Assembly: GCF_964355755.1 (NCBI RefSeq)
Contig: NC_092674.1
Coordinates: 7,750,001-7,814,000, forward strand
Length of the DNA: 64,000 nt
Direction of reading: 5' to 3'
DNA from: Antedon mediterranea
Lineage: Eukaryota; Animalia; Echinodermata
Shown: one piece after another, positions 1-14,200 of the stretch
Layout: the number at the start of each line of letters is the position of its first letter
Numbering within the stretch: the stretch's first letter is position 1
The notes under the pieces: model-generated
The model's input: the letters and a program-made list of their open reading frames with translations, nothing else
Told to the model about the DNA's origin: nothing
The model's database searches: none
Made by a program: the position numbers and the translations under genes

Positions 1-2248
1 ACACGTGGACATTAAACTTTGTGAATAAATATGCCTATGCCAAATCTATTATTGCTCCTTATGATCAATTACCGCCATTTTTTAAAACTCATTATGGAAG
101 CTTAAGAGCTATAAGTTACCTATAAGTTATAATTTATGTAAAATGTCTTCATCTTTCTTTTTACGTAACATATTTACAATATTGTATTGGATACATTATT
201 TACATTAATTCTTTATCTGATGGGCTGATGGTAGGAGAGTAGGAATGATGATGAGGTTACAGGAGAAAATCGAAGATGGAAAACGATATTAAAATAAAGG
301 AGTGTGATGTAAGAATGAAAGTAGGCCTATATGCCATACGGATATTGATCATTAGGATAAAATGAATGTGTCCTAAGGGCAAGTTGCCTTTCTCTCACTG
401 CCTCATTAAACCATTATCCATTAATGTAAGTATTTTAGATTTTGTGATTCAAATTGCAATGACAATTTTGACTGATTTGAGTTCATATTAGTTAGGCTGT
501 TCCCCACTATTCTGCTGCAGCAAGAACACGTATGCCTAGGCCTACATTACAACCAATGTATTCCATGCCTTACATACGTATTATGTAAAACACTTTTGAC
601 TGTGTTAACCCATTTAAAATCAATGTAACTTTTGAACTGCTATTTGTCTAATATCTGTAGGCCTATAAATGGTGTTATACTCACGTTATGCCAATAAAAA
701 ATGTAGGCAGATAATACTTTGAACTTCGCGCTACCTGGCCTCGTCATTTATCATTTTTATATTTTGCACTGTTGATTCATCGTAAACATTCATTGTTTCA
801 CAGTATACCAATTAACATTATTGCTATTATCCTTGTTGAATGAAACAATTTATAGTATTCTTCGTATCCAACGCGTAAAATGCATTATTTTACAAACGTA
901 ACTTAACGTTCCTGTTTCTGTCGGATAAAATGTTAAAAGCTGGGCTCTTGGTCCAGTCGTTATACAGTCGCAATCAACAATGAAGGAGGCCACCAGTTGT
1001 CAGAGACCCCTAGTATCTTACATTAGGCTGCGAATGATTAGGCCTACTATAATTGTTACAAAACTGCTTAAGATTATTTTGTCAATGTAAATAGACAACA
1101 TTAAATAAAGAATCGTTTGTATTAAAATCAAATGACACGAAATGAATGAATTAATATATAAATCTCGAAGTGTCCAGTTTATTATTATTTTAAGCTTTAT
1201 TACAATTCGCTATTTACGGAATGATTATATTTTGACTTTTCATTGATATAAATAATTTAAACAATCAAAGAATTTCTTTCTTTTTTAAACAAGTAACAGT
1301 AGTTTAATTAGTAACTACAGTATTAATATCTAAATTTTACAATAAACGCTCATTTATAATAACATAACAAAAGAGGATAATATGGAAGAATGTATATGGA
1401 CATTTAGAATTTACACGATGTAAAATTGAATAAAATGATAAGTATCATATTTATTGTTTATTATGGTATTTCTAATAAAATTGGTAGTTCACTCCAGAGA
1501 AAAAAAATCAATCAATAAAACGGTTATTCGTTTGTACATAAACCAATGTAACTTATCTATCCGTTGGTATACGGTTTACAAATTTACCTTTAATTTAACA
1601 ATTAATATATAATTACAATCACTGTAATTCTATCTGCATTTATAACGTATTTTTCTTTTTAATGATGGTATTTAATGTGTGTATACATGATGAAACCAAT
1701 ATAAAACGATCATAGGCCTAATAGTATTGCTATAGTATTATAAATATTTTAGTTTAAATAATTACAAATCGTATACTGCAGGAAATGCAATTAAGTGTAA
1801 TAATAAAATGTTATCTATAACTTAACGAGTGATTAGTTTTGTGGGTCAATATAAAATTTGATAGATAGACTTAAGGAGAAAGGTATGTCTTGACAATAAT
1901 TCTCCGACACTCTAAAGCAATGTTCCTGTATTCAACCTATGAAAAATGATTGTTTTAATTGTGAACATTAATCAGTAATGTAACCTACCAAAACGATACA
2001 TTTATTTTATATGAAGTTTGATTATTATTTCCTATGAAAGAGTGTACCAACGATTGCATTACTTTAGAATGGTTAAACATGAATCACTGCAATGTACGTA
2101 CAACTATAACTATACCTTGTCAACAAGCAGTCAGGTGATAAAGATCTCTGATAAAATCGAAACGTTCGAGTAATTACTAAATTTTTTGCACTATAACTCT
2201 TTAAAAAAAAGAAAATACAACTATGAATAGTTTAATGACTTCACTGCT

Positions 2249-5200
2249 TTAAACATTGACATATTCTTGATAATTCTGCAGGTAACATTTTGCTGCATCG
2301 TAACAAAAGTTGTATTGAACCTACAAGTAAAAACATTTAATCAATTTAAGAAGTGTACGACAATATTTTGGGTTGTTAGTGATGTATTTTAATTCGTCTA
2401 ACTATATAATTCATATTGTAAGACTAACATGTAATGGTGGTTGGCTGGTTGAGTTATTATTATACACTGTTTGGCTGTGATAGTAATGTGTACACGACGC
2501 ATATAACGAAATAAAACTCTAGTCTGATGTTCTTGTACGATTTCACAAACTCACATAAAAAACTAGCATCGTATGCTTAATGATTTTGGTAGGAGTGGAA
2601 TTTAAATTAACCTAAAAGTTTATGACAATATTTATCAATAATTGCAATACCTTAGTTTTCACCATAGTAGGACAGGTTGAACGCAGTGTTTTAAGTGTTT
2701 GGAATACATCCACCACCTTGTCATCTCTCATTTTCCTAATCATTGAATGAACTAGGCAGAATAATCCAGATCTGCAAACTCCATCCCTAATACAGAAAAG
2801 AAATTTGAAAATCAGAGTCAACTATTAATTCGTAATTCGACGATGAAGCTAATTCATGTAAAAAAATATAAATAGGCATATGGTTAATTATTTAGATATT
2901 CAAATAATTAAGTTCACTCGATAATATTTTTTTTTAAGACTGTGTACATTCTCTATTACTCTCCAAAGTTAAACCAGCAATTTATTTGATTGTTAAGTGA
3001 CATTATTGCATAACAATTATGTATTTATAACATTGTAACATGTACACTTTGAAGATAATAAAAGTGGGATGAACCTACGAAAGACAAACAGAAACAGATT
3101 GTGCGTTGTTGGGGAATTATACTATTATTAGTTCAATAATCTTGAATCTTGAAAACGAAACAACAACAGCAAGGAACAACAGCAAGGAACAATAATTACG
3201 ATACTGTACTTACAGACAGTGCACGATGATTGGCTTGTTTTTAGAAACAACGCCCTCTCCAATGTTTGTAATGAACCTCACAAACGGATCCACTTTGGGA
3301 ACGGTCTTTCCTTTTGGCCATTGCCGGAACTCGAAGTGAGCAATTTCCCGTACGTTTTTTTCCTTAAAAATATAATAATAAATTAATTTAAATTATTCCT
3401 GTTTCTTTCTTTAATTTTCTACGTACGTTGTTATTGTTAATGAAAAAATAATAAACAATAATTATTATTCATGCATACTTTCTTAAATTTAATCTTCAAA
3501 TAGTAATATTTTTTAGGCATATCATTGTTGTTTTTCTTCTTATTTTTGTAATTGTTCTGTGTAATTGACTCATATGCAGTACATTCATTACTCAAATTCA
3601 ATAATTTACTACTGTAGTAATAATAATATATATATCGAATATTGACATAATGTACAACTAGATTTAATTCGTCACTATGACGAATTATAGGTTATATGCA
3701 TTGATTTAAATAAAGATAATTGATTTTTAAAAGATATATTGATTGATTGATTTTCTCAGAATCTTTAATTATTTATAATATATGACAGGACCTTGCTAAC
3801 GTGAACACCATAGCCGGTATCACAATCCGATCAAAGATCCATATGCGTATAATGTCATAAACCACATTTGTTGTTACATAATAATAAAGACATAAGTTAA
3901 TTTTTATCTAGATTTCATTATAAATCATGTGTATAATCTATACACTAAGAAATAAATTTGAACAAACAATACGGATAATAAAAAAAAAATTCTTATTTCG
4001 TTTCCCAAGGTGAGACTCGATCTCGGTACCTTGAATGCCATAGACACGAGCACAGACAATCGAGCCGTACACAACTGACTAAAAGTTGTAGAAAAATTCC
4101 TCCGTGTATTTACTATGCAGTAACCACTTTGGTGCAGATAGATTATTACATACCGAAATGAATTATAATTTTTTACTATGATGACATCTTTAAAATGTAA
4201 ACAAATGATGCACTGTCAAACTACATACTTTTAACTTTAATATATGAACTTTTGAAGGAAGAAAGTTAATGTTAAGTTTGTTATTTTGGCCTAAGAAAAT
4301 GTCATAATTTGTTTGATTGTCGAAATTATTATTTTTTAATTTAATATGCAATTAATGATGACTTAATCAACTTTGGTCCTCTTAATTTGATAATAGATCA
4401 TACATATGATACATACACTTCAAGAAAATGAAATAAAAAATAGGTGTTCCCCTGCATTCTGACGATATATATTAATTTTAAAATTTAGCATATTTTCACC
4501 ATTTTGTTAACTTATACGTGCGTAGCCAATCACTTTTGACGTGCTCGTATAACGCAATTTCGAGTTGAAACCTGAATCAAATATGATGATATTATTAAAG
4601 AAAGATTGTAAAACAGAAATCGGGCAAAAAGAGTGCGCACCAACGTTTAACGCGCAGTGCGCGTGCAAAACTTTGCGCACTCATGGCAATTTTTTAAACG
4701 CTTAAAATTGCCTGAAACGTACTCTAATTTCATCGAAAATAAATTTTGACAATTTTGAACATTTTAAGCGCGTGTACGCAAGCGTTATATGCGCTACGCA
4801 CGTAATTTTATTGCCATATGATGAAATATGACCTGAAATTTATGAGTACCAAATTTTGTTTAATTGTGATTCATGCTTGTGAAGATATGATTACAAACGT
4901 GATTTCGTAAAATCGCGCGTAGACCGCGTAATTTTTGATTACGCATCGTGAAAATATAACCACATCGATTCCTGGCCATAAGGAATATACTCTGAAAACT
5001 TGACTTAGCTAGATGAAACTGATGCCAAGATAATGCACGGACAAAATAGTGCTAAGGAAAGAATAAATAAATAAATAAATAAATAAAGATTTTGACAGAA
5101 TCAAGAGGTTATATGCATATCATGCATATAACCTAATAATAAAAAAGTCACCTTTTCTAGTGATATCTTTCTTTCGATCATAAAGTCATTCTTCACTACT

Positions 5201-8200
5201 GATTTTACAGTGACGATAAATTGCCCGAATTTCATTGGTTGTTTTATTTGCTTGTCAATGTACGCGCCACACGTTTGGTCCATTTCATTCAGCTGCACAA
5301 TGACGTCAGATTTATAGTCAAACACCAACCGCCAGAAATCCTCAGTAGTATTGGCTGGGTCAGCCAATGGAGCCTGTGTCACAATGTACGCGTTGGGCTT
5401 CTTGTAATTCTTAAAATATAGAAATACGTACTATGATTAATGTTATAAAACAGAAATAATGGATTTGTATGAAACAGTATAGCCTATTACTTAACGCACT
5501 AAGATAATAAAATATAATTCATATTTTGCGCAATATCATTTTCAATGTTATAGAAACACACTGAAAAATACTGATAATCTATATATTAATGCTACTAAAT
5601 TTTTCGCGTAATTTTACGTATCTCCTCCAAAACCACTGAAAGGTACGTGCTCACATTTAGCACACTAATGTTTATTGAGGGGCCGCACACGATAGGCTAT
5701 GTCACTTTCCTGAATTTTAAGGATAAACACTAAAAAAAGGCAAAAAATAGCAGTAATTTGATGTCTCAGCGACCAAGTTACGTCATTGTAAAACTACTCA
5801 ACCTCCTCTGTTGTGTACCACCATGGCCGGATCTACAACTACCATGCCGGGCCGCTAAATACACAGTCTTTAGTCAACCGTATCGACTGAAGTTTTAATT
5901 AATTACACCTATCCTTGGAACAGAATGTATTTTGTAAATCACGGTTTGGCTCAGTGAGCAAGTCGCCGTGACCATTGATATGAATGCTTAGTAGGTTCAT
6001 GGAGGAAATATACAGACTGTACTGTATTTCCTCGATGGTAGGTTCGAGCTCAATCCGCGAAATGTGTAATAATTAAGTATCACCGTTTAAAGCTAAAAAT
6101 CAAAACTAAACCACAATGTAATTACAAAACTAGCAAAAAAGATACGAAAAAATACACACAAAAAAATGGTAAAAAAAACATGAAAAAATGTAAATGAACA
6201 AATAAAACGAATCCACAAAATAAATAATAAATAAATGTCATTGTTTCATTTTTGAGCATTTTATGTAAATAAAAAACCCACACACAAGTAAAACGAATCC
6301 AATTGAGTGTCGTGTTTCCGCTAAATTCAAATATCAACGAAAAATACACCCACAATGTTTGTGTCCGAGCGCTTCATCTAATTTCGACTACTTTTTGTGT
6401 TGAGTCCGTAATCATTGTTATTATTCCAATACTTCACATCTTAATTCGATAACTTACCAATTCATTATTTTATCATTAAAATGTTTTAATCTCTGCCAAC
6501 TGATTGACAAAAGTCTGTCCCGCTCATGCACTTTGTCACTTTCTGAGGCGCACCCCAAATCCAGTATTGCTTTCATTTTGTAGCTTACATATATTTCAAA
6601 GTAAAGGAATACTCGGTGTATAACAAAATCAATGGCCGTAAGTAGTTCCGAATTGTATTTTTGACAATTTGTTTGTTTAAAAAAAACAATTTGTCAGGGG
6701 CCGGGAAGTGATTTTTTTATTTCGTACAGAAGTTGAGGCCCCTTATGTGAAAGATAGCCGAACTACTTAAGTTCCTAAATATAACTAAACCTAACCCTCT
6801 CTATAATCTCTCTCTTACTATAAAATAAAAAGAACTTGCTCATCTGATTCGAACCTCATACATCGACATGTAAAGTCCAAAGCCTAATCCACTCGACTAC
6901 ACAGACGGCTCGATAGAAAATCTTTGTATTAGCGAATTGTTAGCTCATTTCTAACGTAGCTTATGGACATGATTAATGAATATTCATGTTTATTTTGTGA
7001 CGTCTCATGAGGGGTCCCCAACTTACGAAAAGAAACATCACGGCCGGGAAAAGTACGCTTTTATTATACTTAATAATCATGCCACGGCGGTGAATTTTTA
7101 TTAAGGTAGACAAACCGTGCGGAGCACAGGTTTCTGGTAGACCACACTTTAATTACTTTAATACACTTTTTTTTATCTCTACGTATCAAATAATTAATAC
7201 ACCACGAAAAACACCCAAAATAATATAGTTTGGCATGTTTATACTTTCGTTATGCGTTTGCGCGCATCATCTAATTTACAGCACAATTTTTCTTTAGCGT
7301 CTTTTATTTTCCAGTCAAAAGTAAAGTCAAAGTTCTACTGTACTATTGCTTTAATTTTTCAGCCTACATTATATTGAAGTGAAGGAATAGTGTATAACAA
7401 ACCAATGGCCGTAAATACGGTAGTTTCGAATTTTATTCGTGATACAATTTGTTTTAATTTTAATAATTTGTCAAAGTACTTTTATCAAAGTGCGCTGTTA
7501 TTATACTTGCTCATGCAAAGTATATAACAACATATTAAAGCAGAAAAAGACCGTGCGGAGCACGGGCTACTGCTAGTACAATAAATAATACAAGTAATTG
7601 TATGTTACGTAAATTTAAATCGTCTTACGTCACAGAATGATGCGTTGATGTAATCAGTACCACGGTCGGATGGTGACATCAAGAATGGACGAGCTTTGTT
7701 TACTGCAAGACAACAAGAACAGTTTCTCTACCTATACTGTATTGAATTATGTGCCAATACAACGCAATGAAGAAATCACTCATATTTGTCAGCAGAATAA
7801 ATAAATGGATTTTAACAATATTTTATATGTTCATTATATGCAGTATTCTTTGGCCTATTATTGTAAACAGAACCAACCAAATATTGCAAATAAAAAAAAA
7901 ACATAAAATTAAAAGATACAAAGGCGGAGATGTCTTAAAGTATAAAACCATGAGATTATGTCATTAACATGAATAAATAATGATGGGCAGCTTCGAAATC
8001 ATACGAATAAAAAGAAAAAAACGTGTTTAGTATTTTTTTGGCAATGTCTGAAACTAAAATTCCAATTATTAAATAAACAAAACAGGCGTTGTTTTACAAA
8101 ATCACAACCTAATGTATTTTCTTATATTCTTATTTTCTTATATAAATCTAGAACTTACGAGGTAATACGTCATCGAATCTGTTCTTGAAAATGTTCTCAG

Positions 8201-11200
8201 GTTGTCTTGCGTGTGACGTAAGATCATCAACAGAAAGTGGAAACAAACAGTTCAAAGTCTATGTGTAAATAAGATAAAAGTGTTAAGAGGGCGTCTCATA
8301 CAAGGGGAACGATCTTTATAAATAAGCAATATCGTGTCATTCATTCATTGTGAATATAAGTATAATAGTTAATGAAATGAATTATGTTTAGAATTAAACT
8401 TAATAATGCTCACTTTGAGTTGAAAATCAAAATGTGTGTGAGTTTGTTGTGTTTGTCTTTGTATTTCGTTTTGCAATTCAGTTACAGGAATTACAGTCTT
8501 TCCACAAAACAATTCCTGAAGTATGACGGCATAGATGAACTTATATTGTTCCTGTAAATAAAATTAATAACCATTTTATTTTTAGTATTTATACGCCATA
8601 CTGACCTATGATTTATGTTGAAACCAACCAAAATAAACAAAGCAATTCAACATTTTGCTTTATAAGTAAAAGTGTGAGCATACGTGCAATATAAACTTAT
8701 TTATTGAATTTGATATTATTTTGCTAATTTTGTCAGTTGAAGAGATATATTTAAATAAAGAACGAATTGATGAATAACCTCTGTTTGAACCATTTGGATA
8801 CGGTTCTGCCTCATACTTCGTACAAAATTGAACACGTCCACTTTGCCTTGGTCCTTCGACATATCCAACATGGCTGCAATGGTGATCACAGTTCCCGTCC
8901 TGCCAGCTCCAGCGCTAACCAATGTATAGTAAAAATTATATCAACCGAATAATATAATAATAACAATATATACAACATGATTGCAATTGCGATCATAATT
9001 CATCATATTTCAAATATATTCAAAGGTAATTATGATAACAATTGGTTTGCTAGCAATTTATAATTTTGTTGTCTCATCTGTAATTACCATATTGACGTAA
9101 TCATAATGTCATGGTTGTTTAAATATCAATACCTTTTTAATGCGTGTAAAATCATTCACATTTGGATAAAATAGAGTACCGAAACTGATGTTGTCATTCG
9201 GTTAAATTATCAGTTATGATTACTAGTACAATTTTTAAAAAAGATCAAAGTTATACTCTCAGTTTGTAGTTTTTCAGTTAGATTATTACCTGCAATGTAC
9301 AATAACTGGCCCACTGGTACTAGCAAACTTCTGCTGAGTTTTTCTAAAGGCTTGGATAAAATCGATTAACTGCGGGACGGCGTTGGAAACACTCTTGTCA
9401 GGCCATTCCGTGAAATGATACTGGTATACATTGTAGATGCTATTCTCATCTCCCACCTTCAATAATAGATCAAGACAAATAAACAGTATTTTATTATTTT
9501 ATCTAATGTTTTGGTGTGATTTTTAAAAATAACGACTGAATACATGATGGTAATTAAAATGATTATATTAAAGTAGCTTATAATAATACACACATATCCT
9601 GTTTTTATATTATATGTATTCATACTTTTGCTATATTATATAGGCCTAAAGAAAGAATTCACATGTACTGGAAGTAATAAACTGAATATCTTCTTTTTAG
9701 AAAAATAAATGTATAAGTAATCGCTTTTTGATAATGAGCAACTCTACAATATAGGAAATGTTTTTTTAAATATTTTATATCCATTATGTTGTGTTTATTG
9801 TTTTATGTTTTTTATGTAAAAGGGTCCTGCGAAAACAGAAGTGTAAACTTCTCTATGCAGGATCCTTGCCATCATTTATGCTATGAAACTATATTTATAA
9901 AGGATGAGTAAATAAATGTGAATTGAATTTGAATTAATGATCATTTCAAATTGAAACCACAATAATAACATATGGTTGTCTCTATTATAAACGTGTTAGT
10001 AAAATTTGTTTTTTGAAGTGTAATGTTTTAATAAAGAAAAGTGTTGTAGGATAGACACAACTTCAAATCACTGGATGAAACATAATTTTACCTTCTGAAT
10101 TTGAAAAATTCTTGCCACATAGAAACCGTGATTGGTTTCACCGGCATTCGCTACAGACAATTCTGCGTACACCTGCGTATTATGTAAATCAGGCCAGTAT
10201 TGTTCACATTTTTTCTGCAAAATTAAAACACAACAAAATTAAATACAAACAAATTAAATAGACCTACACCAAAATTAAATACAACAAAAGTACATTACCA
10301 AATACCAACTAAATTAATGAAATGTGTTTAAAACGTAGGATACGCATTACTTGAAGGTACAGACAAAAAAATAGCTTGTATCATGAAGAATTTTGTCATG
10401 CCCTAAATAATGCACTCAATATACTTGTATTCAATTTCGCACCGTCGGAAAGTTAGTATTTGTAAATCCAAATTGTTAATAATCGGTACAAGTACAGAAA
10501 AAACTCAATAATGGCAAGATGAAGAGGATAATGAACCTTTCGTCTTTTTTACTACTTTTTTTTTATCGAATACCATTGCAAATTCATACTAGAAAACTAT
10601 AATACCCTCGTTCCCTCAACAAGATTCGTAACAACGACAATAACTCTAGACTTTTCTTTCCAGACCATTCTCCACATATCGTTGATTGAAGCCATATTTG
10701 GACCTGAAAATGTAAAGCTAATACAAATTAATATTTTAAAACATTAATAACACACGAAATCATTGTATACATTATTAGCATCTTGTTTTAATTTATTGAT
10801 TGCTGCTAAAACTTAAGAGACTTAGAACTTAGTACATGCGTATTAAACTGGCCTAATTAGTTCTTACCTTGGCATGCGATGAACTCATGTGGTATTGTAT
10901 ATCCCTGAAAAAAAGAAAGGCTACATTAAAATGGGTACAATTCAAAACAGCAACTACTACTAATATGACGTTGAAACGGTGTGTAAGAGTTATTGCTTGT
11001 AGAAATTAATTACTATAGTCGGGTTATCACTATAAAGACATAAGCGTTTAACTTTTTAATTACATACTGTTAAATCACTGCATACATACAGTATTATAGT
11101 ATCTATATATAATCATTTTAATTTGTTTAAATATATAATCATAAAAAACAAACTCGCAGGACAGATTGCTATTTTTCTTGTATCATCACTGTCTCTATTC

Positions 11201-14200
11201 CTACACTTCAAACATTGCTTAAATCGCACTTGAAGTAGTAGAATGTATTGTTATGCACCAGAAATAAATATTAAAAGAAAATAGTGTAATATTTATCATT
11301 TGTGGAATGTCAGTAAATATTTATGTTTGGTCAATTTAGCAATCCCACTGTAAAGTATCTCAAGAACAATGAACCTTTGTTGCTATTATATTCTTTAAAG
11401 CGAAAATATATGGTTTTTAATATAATATTTATTTAATTGTTATAAAATTGTAATCAAAATAACTTACATCAAGATATGAAGCGTTAATGTAGTCCGACCC
11501 CGGAACATCTTCGATCTGGTCAAGAACTACACGGGTATTGTCATCTGAAATTTGAATAATTGTAAGTTATTAGGTTGTATAAGGATTTGGCGCGAAATAA
11601 TATTTGCCAAGCATAATTCTATAGGGCCTGATTTTATTCTTGCTTTTATGCGAGCTGAAAAGAAAATATAATGAATTTTTTGCTTTATGTGCAGTTTTAC
11701 ATGGAAGAATGTTGAGTTACTAATTGCGTTGTATGCGTATTTGTTTTTTATATATAATATGAGTTCGTTAAATTCCGCAGTCTCCGTATAGCAACAACAC
11801 AATAGTATATACCATGTTAGGGCAAATTATGATAATAAAAATGTTCAAGAAACTTACATGGAATGACGTTTGCATATCGATTTTTCTTCGTATTTATTGA
11901 CGATTTTGCGACTGTGCTCGAGAATAAGGGCTTGTTGCCAAGATCCTTAAACAAATTGATAACTAATTAATAATTAATATACTCTGAGTACAGTATGTGA
12001 TAAGAACTTGCTGAACAATTATGGCTAATAGAGTGGCTTAGTATTTAGGGTAAGCCATGTAAAAAAAAAATAATGCTAGCAATTTGAAAAAAAGCCATAT
12101 AAAGTAATGTGCATCAACAATATGTAACTAAATATTGGGGAAAAAACATTAATTTAGAGTAAATAATTATTTTAGAGGTTCTAAGTAAAACACAACACTA
12201 TATTTTACCTTTATTGGGAGTCAGTTTTATATTATGTTATATTTTACCCTTATTGTGAGTCAGTTTTATATAATGCTATATTACATAGCCTATGTAAATA
12301 CGCGAACGTGATTGGTTGAAACTGCATCACATGACTACCGCTGCGAGGATGTTAATCGTATATATCCTCGAGAACGATGATATTGACTGTGTAATTTTCG
12401 CGTACCCTGTCATTAATCATATAAATTCTCGAGTACGATGACATTGACTGTGTAATTTTCGTGTGCAACACTCGCGTTTGCCGATAAATAAACAAAAGTC
12501 ATCTACTGGATCTTGAACTTGCAATGCAATGTCTCTCCATCACAAGACAACGCTTCAACCGCTGCGCCACGTAACTTGCTTGAAGAAATTAATCATCTAA
12601 ACTATTTAAACTATGCATACATAGCGCCCTCATTTGTTATTAGTCCACACTAAATGTGATGAAACACAGTTTGTGATTGGTCAATGCTCACGGTAGTAAC
12701 CTAGTAACTACGCGCTGAACATCCGGTGATTCGGCTCCTCGAAGAGAAGAAGACGAATTGTTTATTCGGCCTACCTGATTATAATATTATTATTAATAGG
12801 CTTATTGATGGAAATTCTCCTGTTAATTTAAACGACCTAGGGCTAAGTGAATATTTTATTGCCAAGGAATCATTAATTAGTAATTATCTGTATATTATTC
12901 TTCGCAAGGTAAGGTGTCTAGGCAGGCTTGTTTAGATACAATACAAATACTATAGGAGGCTTAGCCTAGCTTCACCCAACCCAGCAGACTTGTTCTTGGC
13001 TATATAATATAACAGATATTGCCTTTTATATCGGTTAAATATAAGATTTGACATCCCCTCGGGAATGATATTAAGTTCTCGGGGAATATATATTTCCCTC
13101 AGCTGGCGCTTCGGGAAATATATATTCCATCGAACTTAATATCATTCCCTCGGGGATGTAAAATCTTATATTTAACCTCTAAGCAGTCAATATCTGTATA
13201 ATATTTTACCGTTACAGTTTTCGGTCTTGTTGCTGTAATGTCACACATTATAATACATTTATTAATAAAATGAAAGAATGACAATAAAACAAAATAAAGT
13301 AAGGTATACTAACAGGCCTACTGTACGAAGTATAGCAATACGTACCTCGTACTCTTTCTCAAAACCACTTTCACTTAATTGACGCTTCATCACATACTCA
13401 TGTAGTTTGGATAACTCAATGGGTTTGTACTCTTGATTATCTAAGTGTGTGTTATCATACACAGGTTCCTGATTAATTTGAGGATGAGGTTGATTTTCAC
13501 ATTCAGAATCGACCTCATCATCAGCGTGCTTTTTTGAAGAATTGTCGACACCTCTCACTTCATCATATGCAGTGTCTTTATTAAATACAAAGGCACCCAT
13601 TATAATTGACATTTTATATATCTTTTTTTTATTTAAAATCAGTACTCAAAACGATGATTAAATCTTCATTTTTGACCTTAAAATATATCAAAAATCAAGT
13701 CTAACCGAATACCATGATAACATAGTTTTACTTCTCTTCACTGAAATCCTACCACGCCTTCCCATCCAACCCGCCTAGTTATCCTACAGCACTTACTAAA
13801 TCCATCCACCTACTAAACATACTCTGCCTATTATTCCTATCCCATCCTTCTAAACTCAATTCGCCCACAAATCTTCATATACATGTAAAAATCTTACCTT
13901 CTATGTCTTGTTCTTGTAGAATGTTGCGAGATAAAATACAGGTGGATAAACTAGCGTCTTTTTTATTTCTTCGCCTAATTAAAAAGACAATCCAGAACAA
14001 AAATAATAACCAGAATAATATATAGACTCAGAAATTCATTATCTCCAAACTAGCTCATTGCATATTTGTAATGTTAACTTTGACCAATAATGTCCTGTAC
14101 AATTCCTCATCTTATATTTGTGCGTATTTTGTATTATGTTCCAAAAGTAATAATAGGCAAAACGTCGGCAAGGGTTTGAGGCTCACTCGCTCCATGGTTC

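Noticed and set aside
685-747. Possible first exon of a further array member (MTRPGSAKFKVLSAYIFYWHN/gtgag)
   Set aside because: Phase 0 rather than phase 1, weakly hydrophobic, and no downstream exon in the window to test it.
5221-5421. Plus-strand ORFs overlapping exons (also 8767, 14418, 17795, 19125, 20107, 28115, 32876, 40605, 52938)
   Set aside because: Antisense shadows of the minus-strand coding exons.
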